DNA from: Hespellia sp.
Lineage (GTDB): Bacteria; Bacillota; Clostridia; Lachnospirales; Lachnospiraceae
Length of the DNA stretch: 64,000 bases
NCBI GenBank assembly: GCA_028689735.1
Contig: JAQVCP010000007.1
Location: 20,962-84,961, forward strand
Direction of reading: 5' to 3'
The notes beneath the pieces were generated by a model. That model saw nothing but the letters and a program-made list of their open reading frames with translations. It searched no databases and was not told where the DNA came from. The translations under genes and the position numbers were made by a program. Shown here piece after piece: positions 28,382 to 37,217 of the stretch (positions are counted from its first letter, which is position 1; the number at the start of each line of letters is the position of its first letter).

Positions 28382-29632
28382 CTATAATTGAAGTAATTCT
28401 TTCTTTTTTCTATCGAATTCTTCTTGTGTAATAATTCCCATGTCCAGAAACTCCTTATATTCTTTTAAAATTTCCTTGCATGCTTTTATTTTTTCGAGTT
28501 GCTCGTTCTCCTTGGCTGACAGACTCTCCTCCTCGTGCAAGCCAGGATTCTCCTCCTCTTTCAATTGTATAATATCCGGCATCACTCCCACTAGACCTGG
28601 TGAAGGACTCTGCTGATTCTCCATCAGCCCCTGCCCCATTGTTTGATTCGCAATAGTCTCGATAGAATTTCCAAAAGCGCCTCCTACACCGAATCCCATT
28701 CCAACCCCCATCGCAGCATTGCGCAGGTCGCTTCCACTTCCTTCGTTTTCTGCTATTTTTTCCATTACATCAAACCCTCTTGACTGCTGATAAGAAAATC
28801 CCAGTTGCTGCTGTTCATACTTCTTCACATCTACATCCCACTGCTTTTTCTGAACCTCACCACTATATCCAACCAATCCTACATTTTTCCTGATTTCCGC
28901 TTCTTGCAAATCGAGTTCTCCCTGGGTCGTTAATGTCACCTTTCTGGCTCTTTGTTTGTTAATGGTCTGATACACCAAATCATTTTCTGGACGCATAATC
29001 TCCTCTACCCAGAATTTCTCAAGTGTAATTCCATAATCTGACATTTCTTCTACGATTTTCTGCTTTAGAAATACTGCAATCTCCGGCAAATCGTTTTCCA
29101 CATCAAAAATAGAGCACTCCCGTTGTTTTAAAATTCGGGGAAGCAGTGTTTTGATGTGCATCGTAATCGCTGACTTAAAATAGGTCTGGATATGGGAATG
29201 ATCAAGTACAACTTCTGTTCCCACTAATTTCATCAGTGCCTTACGTGAATCGTCCAGGCGAATGCTCATCTCCCCGTGAGCACCAATTTTAAACTGATAA
29301 TTGTTTGTCTCCTTATCTTTGTAAGCAATGTCACCAACACCCCAAGGAATTGCCATCTGTTCTGTTTTATTGATAAAATAGACTTCACAATGAAACGGCG
29401 ATTCACCACCAAACGGGAGATTGACGATTTTATTTAACAAAGGGATGTTTCCCGAATGCAATGTATGATTTCCGGGGCCAAACACATCTAATGCCTGACC
29501 GTGATAGTAGAACACCGCCTCCTGAGACTCATGTACCTGTAATTGAGATAAGGTACTGAAATCCTCATGGGGATATTTCCAAATCAATGTTTGATTATCC
29601 CCTTCATATTTAATCACATCGATAATAGCCAT
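28382..29632 (-). CDS. SPFH (Band 7, YdjI-like) protein with C-terminal SHOCT domain
   Basis: LIWKYPHEDF...LQVHESQEAVF...FGPG.HTL...PFGGESPFHCEVYFIN; C-terminal LDMGIITQEEFDRKKKELL. Confidence 0.85.
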   Translation of the reverse strand: MAIIDVIKYEGDNQTLIWKYPHEDFSTLSQLQVHESQEAVFYYHGQALDVFGPGNHTLHSGNIPLLNKIVNLPFGGESPFHCEVYFINKTEQMAIPWGVGDIAYKDKETNNYQFKIGAHGEMSIRLDDSRKALMKLVGTEVVLDHSHIQTYFKSAITMHIKTLLPRILKQRECSIFDVENDLPEIAVFLKQKIVEEMSDYGITLEKFWVEEIMRPENDLVYQTINKQRARKVTLTTQGELDLQEAEIRKNVGLVGYSGEVQKKQWDVDVKKYEQQQLGFSYQQSRGFDVMEKIAENEGSGSDLRNAAMGVGMGFGVGGAFGNSIETIANQTMGQGLMENQQSPSPGLVGVMPDIIQLKEEENPGLHEEESLSAKENEQLEKIKACKEILKEYKEFLDMGIITQEEFDRKKKELLQL

Positions 29633-29690
29633 ATATAAATCTCCTTTTTAATCACCGGTCCGAAGCTCCACAACCTTCTATGCTCAAGTA

Positions 29691-32234
29691 TTATACCCAT
29701 AAACTTTGCGTTATCAATTCTTTTTTCGTGCGTTCTCCATCCGGACTCCAACAAGAACAGCGGCTAAGTGGAATTTTACGTCCATCCAGGAACAAAAATT
29801 GACGAGCTGGTTTCAATCCTAATTGAATTAAGTATCTCGCACTCTCTATGTCACCGCAATTCATAGCAAGAAAGAGAATTGGATATCTGTCTCTTACAAT
29901 TTTTCCAAGTAATGATGTATTATTGCTCACGCGGACTGATGCGCACTGTGACAAATCCGCACCATTTTTCACCAAAAGTTCAATGATATTCTTTCTAGTT
30001 TTCGGTGGATTGGTCTCCCGAAAAGCGCGGCTTGCATAGCACACAATAGGCGTTTCCCAGCGTTCCCCCTCGGGATTGTAATACTCTAGACAACCATTGA
30101 CATCTAACCCCTGATTGATCAAAAATTGTGTGAGCCTCTCACTTCCCCCCGTAATCACATCTACGATTAATGGATACCTGTCACATCTACCATCACGTAT
30201 ATTTTCTCTCGCATAATGGATATCAGCACCGGAGTGGACCAGTAATTCAAAGATATCTTCGTGGGCACTATATGCGGCTACACTGAGTGGTGCCCACTCA
30301 TATTTATGGTTATTTGCCTCTGAGTAGTGTCGTACATAGTTTACATTTGCTCCCGCTTCAATCAATACTTTTGCTGCGATGTAATTATTATCAAGGACTG
30401 CCCAGAATAACTCCGTCGCTCCGCTTCTGTCATCGTCCACACGTGCACCGTATGAGAGCAGCACTCTCATAGCCCTTTCCAGATCTACTTTATTATGTCT
30501 CTGACACACTGTCAGAATCGACTCAGATGTCGCTGCTCCTTTCGCAGTATGGTAATGCACCATCTCATTGGCATCTGCACCTTTTTCTAAAATCATTTTT
30601 ATGATTTCACCATTTGAAAAACTAGCTGCATCCGAAAGAATAGACACATGGTCCTCCCATTGCTTTTCAACGCCTTCAGTTCTTGCAATATCTATTCTTG
30701 CGTGATTTTCCAGTAAGAGAGATACAATTTCCCGGTTATTGTGCTGAACCGCTGACGAAAGGGCAGTTGTGGTATAGTACCGCTCTTTGGACTGTCGCTT
30801 TGCAGAAACTGCATTCACATCCGCGCCATTTTTCAGAAGCATTTCTACCATTTCTTTTGAGGCATCAGCTTCAACTGCCTTAATCAGTGCCTTTGATGAA
30901 TCCATCCCACAATTAACCAGCCGCTTAGTTCCTGTTACATCATTACATTGAACCAACGATTCAACCAGAGTAATGTTGTTTACATCTACAGGATACTTTG
31001 CAACGATGTATTCACAACGAGAAATGTCCTTAATTTCTGCGAAAATCCCCAGTATTTTCACTGCATTATTTCCAGAGATAATCTTCTTTTCAATCTCAGG
31101 CATTTCTTTCGGAAGGTACTCTTTTAGTTTTGAGAAATATAGATTCTTTTCATTCCTATCAGTGCATAAAAGAAGCAGTCCCATATATGCATAGGGATGA
31201 TTGATATTCTCTTGCAGTAGTTCACGAAATATCTTCTCGGCTGATTGTGTTTTATTCAAATCATAATCCATAAAGCCCAGTTGGATTTTATCTTCATGAT
31301 TCGCTTTTTTCTCCTTTTCTTCCTGATTTGCTTCTTCCTTTCGTACAATCACTTTGCTGAGTCCATGCAGTAAATCCTGTGTAAAACCCAGTTTTCCAAT
31401 ATCAAAGGACTGAAGAGGTATGAGACAATCCGGCATATCATATGGATCCATATCTTTGATACAGGGAATCAATTTTTTTGTACGGTCTTTCTTCATCATA
31501 GAATAGAACCTGCTCCATTCATTCTTCACCCACACTGACGATAGATTCTCTGCAGATGTTCCAACTACAAGCATAACCTTTGCAGAACTCAGTGCCGCAA
31601 AAATGTAAGGTTCATATTCTGTTCCAGCTTTGTCTTCCAGTGTGATTCTGGAAAAAAACACTTTATATCCACCCTCTACTAATGAGGAATAGATGTCTTG
31701 TGCACAGACACTGTCTTTTGTCCGGTTTCCAAATTCATCACTTTCTTTGTAGCAGATAAAAATATCATAAGCTTCCTCATCCTTTGATATAGATAAGATT
31801 CCTTTTTGTACTTCCACGATTTTTGCAGCTTCCCTGATATACTGTCTTCGTGAAATCTCATCGGAGTTCTCCAGTGCTGCCTGATAATCAATGTCCTCGC
31901 CAAAGCTATCATAACTTGCTCTGTGACAAGTTGGATACCATTCATATGTATTGGGATCTTCCACATAATCGATTCCATATCGGCATAAAGCACTGCACCA
32001 GTGCGCTTCCGCATCTGTGTCATCTTCATTTAATATGCGTTCGTATGCCAATGCCGCTTTATCAAACTCTCCTTTTTTCCGAAAAAAATTTCCTCGATTA
32101 AATGCTGCAAGTCGCTGCTCATCATCGATGCGTGGAATCGTCATTGTACTACCACAATAATTGCAGGTACCCAATCTCTGTTCCAAAGCAATTTCCATAT
32201 CTCCGCCACAATATTTACATTTTATCAGTGCCAT
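29691..32234 (-). CDS. Zn-ribbon + TPR + TIR domain + ankyrin-repeat protein
   Basis: CKYCGG...CNYCGS; GEFDKAALAYERIL; TIR YDIFICYKE...FFSRITLEDK...WVKNEWSRF; about 9 ankyrin repeats (LLKNGADVNA, LIEAGANVNY etc.); RBS GGGAGG before ATG 32234. Confidence 0.9.
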   Translation of the reverse strand: MALIKCKYCGGDMEIALEQRLGTCNYCGSTMTIPRIDDEQRLAAFNRGNFFRKKGEFDKAALAYERILNEDDTDAEAHWCSALCRYGIDYVEDPNTYEWYPTCHRASYDSFGEDIDYQAALENSDEISRRQYIREAAKIVEVQKGILSISKDEEAYDIFICYKESDEFGNRTKDSVCAQDIYSSLVEGGYKVFFSRITLEDKAGTEYEPYIFAALSSAKVMLVVGTSAENLSSVWVKNEWSRFYSMMKKDRTKKLIPCIKDMDPYDMPDCLIPLQSFDIGKLGFTQDLLHGLSKVIVRKEEANQEEKEKKANHEDKIQLGFMDYDLNKTQSAEKIFRELLQENINHPYAYMGLLLLCTDRNEKNLYFSKLKEYLPKEMPEIEKKIISGNNAVKILGIFAEIKDISRCEYIVAKYPVDVNNITLVESLVQCNDVTGTKRLVNCGMDSSKALIKAVEADASKEMVEMLLKNGADVNAVSAKRQSKERYYTTTALSSAVQHNNREIVSLLLENHARIDIARTEGVEKQWEDHVSILSDAASFSNGEIIKMILEKGADANEMVHYHTAKGAATSESILTVCQRHNKVDLERAMRVLLSYGARVDDDRSGATELFWAVLDNNYIAAKVLIEAGANVNYVRHYSEANNHKYEWAPLSVAAYSAHEDIFELLVHSGADIHYARENIRDGRCDRYPLIVDVITGGSERLTQFLINQGLDVNGCLEYYNPEGERWETPIVCYASRAFRETNPPKTRKNIIELLVKNGADLSQCASVRVSNNTSLLGKIVRDRYPILFLAMNCGDIESARYLIQLGLKPARQFLFLDGRKIPLSRCSCWSPDGERTKKELITQSLWV

Positions 32235-32317
32235 ATCTATAACCTCCCATTGAACAAAATCACTGCGCGATGAATTGCCAAGACCGTAGCGCAATTTTTG
32301 TTTCCTCAATAATTAGA

Positions 32318-32402
32318 ATAGACAGTGGAAATTCCTTCTGACATTTGATATCGTAAAGTTACCATACCCAACAACTCCATACAGAAGGACACCACTGTCT
32401 AT
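32318..32402. repeat. Long-loop inverted repeat at the right edge of the TIR block
   Basis: ATAGACAGTGG / CCACTGTCTAT (11 bp) plus inner TCCTTCTG / CAGAAGGA. Confidence 0.7.
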
Positions 32403-32459
32403 AAAAAGAATACCATCTAACATCCTTTCTGGCAAGCGATTTTATGCAGCCAACTTCCC

Positions 32460-34334
32460 CTACTCCTCCGGTCCACTCAGCAGATATAATGGCTCCTTCT
32501 TCAGATTCTTCCGGGTATAGATTACAGAGATCGCACACGAAATTGCCACCACAAATCCCATTGCTGCAGCACTTCCTTTTTCTGTGTCTGCCTGTTTCTT
32601 TAACGTTTCTTTCAGAATGTCTTTGGTACTTTCTTCATCCTGGTGTCCTTTGGAAAATGTATTGTCATAGTAAGTCACATTCCTGGTATTGATTACGATA
32701 TCTTTACTCAGGTAATACCCTGACACGCCCCCTGCTGCCACGCCAATCAGTACAATCAGCATCAGCCCGGAAAGCATGGAAACGATGCATTTTCCTTTCC
32801 TCATTCCAAGGGAACGCTCGATGGCAGTTCGTTTCTCCTGTTTCGCAATAAAAAGGTGACAAAACAGCAGTAATATGAGAAATGTTGTCACTCCGCCGCC
32901 CACTAGAAAAATGTAAGCCATAACCTGGCGATTCTGGATTCCTTCTTTTAACTCATTGTATCCCCCGTCATAGAACTTGATTTCCAGACCGTCAATCCCC
33001 TGTTTTTCCCAGGCTTCCATAAAAGAATCAATCTCACCGTTTGGAATCTCGAAAGAAGTCGTAGCAGCAAGCATCGGTCCATTATCCACAATGTTTTTTG
33101 CCCAGCTGTTTGTAACAGATTTATATGGTATGATAATCTCATTTTTGGCAAGACCATATTCGGACTGTTCTTGCACCTTTGTGTTATAAATCCCTACAAT
33201 CTCATAGGAATCCCGGTCAAATATCTGATAAAACTCCTTATCTGCATTGATTAATGAAAATCCAATTCCGATCGAACCATCCGGCATAAAATTTCTCGCC
33301 GGTGCATTTCGATAATTTGCAAAATATAAAGGCAGTTCAATGGAATCTCCGACTTTCCAGTCATTTAGCTGCGCGAACTTTGAAGAAATAAGACACACAT
33401 CTTTCCCTTCCTGATACTCTTTTGCAGAGATGTCCCTACCGGAATCCAGATAAGCCTCTTTTTTGGAAAACATCGTGAGGACTCCTGTTTTGTCTACCGG
33501 CTGCACTGAGACAGTATTCGTCAGCATTTCCTGTTCCCTGGCAACTTCCATCCATGCCTTGCCGTCTTTTGTTTCATAAAAGTCCGGAGTCACTGCCTCA
33601 TAGGTGATGTTTCTATCTGGGTCTTCCAACCTGGTTCCGTCTTCCAGATACTGAAAAGAAGTAATTCCTGCTCCTATATAATATTCATAATCGTATTCTC
33701 TGCCTGATACACCCCTGCACACCGTACCAGAATGTACTTTCATGGATGTGCCCAGACTCAGAACATAAGTCTCACCCTCTTGCAATACAATGGGTTCCGG
33801 GTTGTGATGGTCACAGATTAGAATCGTTCTCCCCACCAGATCTTCCATTCCGTTTAGTTTGTTGACAACTTCTACCTCCAGCGGATTTGCCGGCCCCGTC
33901 TCAAGCGGGCAAACTTCCACTACCATAATCCAGTCTTGATTTAATCGGTCTAGTTCCTCTGCCTCCGTTCCAAAAACAGCGTCCGGCATATATGCACCGA
34001 AAAAGGGACGTTTTCTCGGTGCCACCGTATAATCCGCCCCTTCAAAATCCAGCACGGATTCATCCATCCACTGACTATACTGATTTTTACGCATATAAGT
34101 ATATTCCTGCGTACCTGCATCCCACATGTCCACCACTTCTGTGCTGTCCGGCTTCTGCTCCACGGTTCCAAGTGTTGTGAAAAGTTTTTCAAATTCCTCT
34201 ATCCCCTGTACACTAACGCTCCACAGATTGATTCCCACCGCCAGAAGTGCGGTGCTTCCTCCAATCAGCAGAAAGAACAGGACCGTCCGAAGCGGTGTGC
34301 GCAGGATTTGTTTGATGCTGTTTCTCATCATCAT
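32460..34334 (-). CDS. FtsX/MacB-like ABC permease with large extracellular domain
   Basis: NSIKQILRTPLRT; DVCLISSKFA; RTAIERSLGM; one N-terminal plus three C-terminal TM segments. Confidence 0.85.
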   Translation of the reverse strand: MMMRNSIKQILRTPLRTVLFFLLIGGSTALLAVGINLWSVSVQGIEEFEKLFTTLGTVEQKPDSTEVVDMWDAGTQEYTYMRKNQYSQWMDESVLDFEGADYTVAPRKRPFFGAYMPDAVFGTEAEELDRLNQDWIMVVEVCPLETGPANPLEVEVVNKLNGMEDLVGRTILICDHHNPEPIVLQEGETYVLSLGTSMKVHSGTVCRGVSGREYDYEYYIGAGITSFQYLEDGTRLEDPDRNITYEAVTPDFYETKDGKAWMEVAREQEMLTNTVSVQPVDKTGVLTMFSKKEAYLDSGRDISAKEYQEGKDVCLISSKFAQLNDWKVGDSIELPLYFANYRNAPARNFMPDGSIGIGFSLINADKEFYQIFDRDSYEIVGIYNTKVQEQSEYGLAKNEIIIPYKSVTNSWAKNIVDNGPMLAATTSFEIPNGEIDSFMEAWEKQGIDGLEIKFYDGGYNELKEGIQNRQVMAYIFLVGGGVTTFLILLLFCHLFIAKQEKRTAIERSLGMRKGKCIVSMLSGLMLIVLIGVAAGGVSGYYLSKDIVINTRNVTYYDNTFSKGHQDEESTKDILKETLKKQADTEKGSAAAMGFVVAISCAISVIYTRKNLKKEPLYLLSGPEE

Positions 34335-34344
34335 CGATATCCCC

Positions 34345-35016
34345 TCACTTCCCTTTTTCCAGTTGTCCATCCTTCATCCGGTAAATACAGTCTGCCTGCC
34401 GCGCAAGCTCCGGGTTGTGTGTGACTACAATCACGGTATATCCCCTCTCATGGGCACATGCTTTTAGGATTTCTGCAATATTTTCCTCGTTGTCCGTGTC
34501 CAGATTCCCGGTGGGTTCGTCTGCCAGAAGGATACTGCCTTCTCCTGCAAGTGCCCTTGCAATTGCAACCCGCTGCTGCTCCCCACCACTCATCATCTTC
34601 GGGAACTGATGGATAATTTTCTCTGACAATCCCACAGACTTGATATATTCTGTTGCCCTCTCCTGGGCCTTCCTGCGGCGCATTCCTTTGAGCTGCATGG
34701 GATACATGACGTTTTCCAGAGCATTGAGCAGCGGAAATAAATGAAAGGACTGGTAGACTACCGAGACAACCTCCCGGCGATACGCATCCCGGTCCATCTT
34801 CTTCAAATCTTTTCCATCCACAAATACGCTGCCCTCTTTTGGCACATCAAGTCCTGCCAGAAGAGACAACAGGGTACTCTTTCCACTTCCCGACTCTCCT
34901 GTAATTGCATATATTTTTCCACTTTCAAATTCACAGGATACATCCTTTAATGCCTGAATGGTCTGATATTTACTTCGGTACGCGTAACTGACATGTTCTA
35001 CTCTGATTTTTTCCAT
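34345..35016 (-). CDS. ABC ATP-binding protein (MacB/LolD type)
   Basis: GESGSGKST, MSGGEQQRVAIARAL, LADEPTGNLD. Confidence 0.95.
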   Translation of the reverse strand: MEKIRVEHVSYAYRSKYQTIQALKDVSCEFESGKIYAITGESGSGKSTLLSLLAGLDVPKEGSVFVDGKDLKKMDRDAYRREVVSVVYQSFHLFPLLNALENVMYPMQLKGMRRRKAQERATEYIKSVGLSEKIIHQFPKMMSGGEQQRVAIARALAGEGSILLADEPTGNLDTDNEENIAEILKACAHERGYTVIVVTHNPELARQADCIYRMKDGQLEKGK

Positions 35017-35027
35017 TCCTTTCACCT

Positions 35028-36926
35028 CTATTCCTTTCCAGCAAGCACTGCCATAACACCGATTTTACGGATCATACCAAGTGCAATCATTGTTCCGATT
35101 CCATAACACAGCAAAAACAGCAGAGACATTTTTGTAAGTACCCACACATTTCCAAATCCCATCACAAGATTGATCCCCATCCCTAGCACACACCCGGCTA
35201 CGGCCAGTAACATGTGTTCCATGAAAATCTGTCCGGTTATGATGTGATTGCCTGTTCCGAGGCTCTTCATGATTGCAAGCTCCAGCCTTCTGCTTTGCAG
35301 CAGTAAATAGGAAATCATGTACCCCATCAGCAGAATCAGTGCGTAGAGTACCGGATAAAATCCAATAAGAAAATCAATACTTTTCCGGAGTGCCCCGGCT
35401 GTATTGATATAATCTGTGTCATCGAGAACAAGGGTGTACCCTTTGTAGGTTGACATTGCACTTCCCGAGACTTCCGTGAATCCTGCTTTTTTCATCTGAC
35501 CGACAAAGGAGTTCAGCGTATCCGGTTTTGCCAGGCTAAAAGAAAAACTGGATGCCTGGTAGGGTACTGCCGCTTCCTGAAACCATGTTTTCACTTCATC
35601 CAGAGAGCAAACCACATCGGTCGTGGTAAATGCAGCACTTCCCACAATCCTCAGCGTCACTGTTTTCAGTGGCTTAAGATTCAGCGTGTATGCCTGAATA
35701 TCTGCTGCATCATAGTAACTGATCTGGAAGGAAAGTTCATCCCCGAGACGAACCTGATATTTTTCCAGAAGCTTCTCATCCACCACACAGACATTTTCTT
35801 CCTGCATAAACTTCACATGATCCATTCCATCCATCCAGCTGTAATTTCCGTTTGTCTGACTTTGAAGCACCTCCAACTGATTCACACCTGTGACAGTCCG
35901 GTGCCTGCCCTCTGTATCATTTTCTGCCACACCGTCCAGATTGACGGTCTCTTTATACCATCCGATATAGGGAGACTTGCGAATGACCTCGCTCATCTCA
36001 TCTGAAATCAATAGTCCTTCACTGAGAGATCCATTGGAATTTCTTACTTCTCCTGTAATCCGGTAAACATCGGACAAATGCTCCAGTTGTTCCTTGTGGC
36101 TGTCTACATTCCCCATATAGATTCCCACGAAACAAACCACCATGCAGCAAACTGCAATGGCGAGAGCACTCTTTCCCCTCTGCCGATTGATATTGCGTCC
36201 AATCTCGTAGAACATCTGGAGCAGACGCTTTCTTCTGCGGGGAATCTTGGCATCGCTGGCATTTTCCGGATGGAGCATGGTGCAGAGAATCACAGTCCCC
36301 GGTGTATGCTCTTTTTTCTGCCGTACCTTCGCTGCACGCACTTCGTAGAGGGTTCCCTCCACACTGATCTGCATTGGTTTTGTATGCTTTACACGCGTTA
36401 TGGAAATCCCATTCTCTTCTGCATAATTCTGCAGCTCTCTCCACATTTCTTCCTCTTTATATATATTGCAATGAACATAGACAGAAAATTGTTTCTTCTC
36501 AGATGCTTCCGCTACTTGTCTGTAATCGTTGTAAATTTGGGCGAAACCACCCTCACTGTTTTGCAGGTATTCCATTTCATTTAGATAACTTTCTACGGAA
36601 ATGTCTTCGGACCGCTGTTTTCCTATCTTATCGCATATTTCCATGGCTGCCCGAAGCTGCCTTTGCTGGCGGCTCAGCATCTCCTTCTGCACCAGAAGTG
36701 TCTCGGACAGTTCCGCCTCACCATGCAGGATTCTTCCAATCTCTTCAATCGGCATATCCAGCATCCGCAGCATCTTGATCAGTTTCAGCTGTTCCACATC
36801 CTTCTCCGAATAATCGCGGTAACTGTTTTCTGCCTCCCGGATGGGCGCAATCAGATTCATCCGCTCATAATACCGGATGTTCTGTCTGGTCAGCCCAGTC
36901 AGCTCTTCCACTTGCTTTGTATTCAC
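35028..36926 (-). CDS. MerR-family HTH regulator fused to an FtsX-like ABC permease
   Basis: MNTKQVEELTGLTRQNIRYYE...NSYRDYS; later NINRQRGKSALAI...RRLELAIMKSLG with terminal TM segments; GTG start behind GGAGG. Confidence 0.85.
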   Translation of the reverse strand: MNTKQVEELTGLTRQNIRYYERMNLIAPIREAENSYRDYSEKDVEQLKLIKMLRMLDMPIEEIGRILHGEAELSETLLVQKEMLSRQQRQLRAAMEICDKIGKQRSEDISVESYLNEMEYLQNSEGGFAQIYNDYRQVAEASEKKQFSVYVHCNIYKEEEMWRELQNYAEENGISITRVKHTKPMQISVEGTLYEVRAAKVRQKKEHTPGTVILCTMLHPENASDAKIPRRRKRLLQMFYEIGRNINRQRGKSALAIAVCCMVVCFVGIYMGNVDSHKEQLEHLSDVYRITGEVRNSNGSLSEGLLISDEMSEVIRKSPYIGWYKETVNLDGVAENDTEGRHRTVTGVNQLEVLQSQTNGNYSWMDGMDHVKFMQEENVCVVDEKLLEKYQVRLGDELSFQISYYDAADIQAYTLNLKPLKTVTLRIVGSAAFTTTDVVCSLDEVKTWFQEAAVPYQASSFSFSLAKPDTLNSFVGQMKKAGFTEVSGSAMSTYKGYTLVLDDTDYINTAGALRKSIDFLIGFYPVLYALILLMGYMISYLLLQSRRLELAIMKSLGTGNHIITGQIFMEHMLLAVAGCVLGMGINLVMGFGNVWVLTKMSLLFLLCYGIGTMIALGMIRKIGVMAVLAGKE

Positions 36927-36970
36927 CTGCTATCACCTCCTCATATAGTGTGTAGTGTCTTATTGGTCTT

Positions 36971-37001
36971 ATCATAAGGTATCTACCTGTGATACAGTCA
37001 A
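36971..37001 (-). promoter_or_regulatory. MerR-type promoter with 19-bp spacer and internal dyad
   Basis: TTGACT-GTATCACAGGTAGATACCT-TATGAT; dyad GTATC-N7-GATAC. Confidence 0.75.
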
Positions 37002-37217
37002 TAGTTTTTGGGGAAATAATCATGGAATATCCTTAAAAATAATTTTCCACACCATTTTCCATCTATGCTTCCTCTGCATGACAAAAAATCAGCCGGTGTA
37101 CCAAAGTTTTCCACTGGCTGATTTATTTTTCCGTTTTTATCCACATTTCTTTCGTCAAACGAATCCTCGAATTTTTACGTTGCTTTGCCTGGAAACAAGT
37201 GGACATTTTTCGCAAGA

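Noticed and set aside
24900-32440. TIR/SPFH/ATPase block as an ICE or prophage
   Set aside because: No integrase, relaxase, T4SS membrane or phage structural genes, and no flanking direct repeats found by eye
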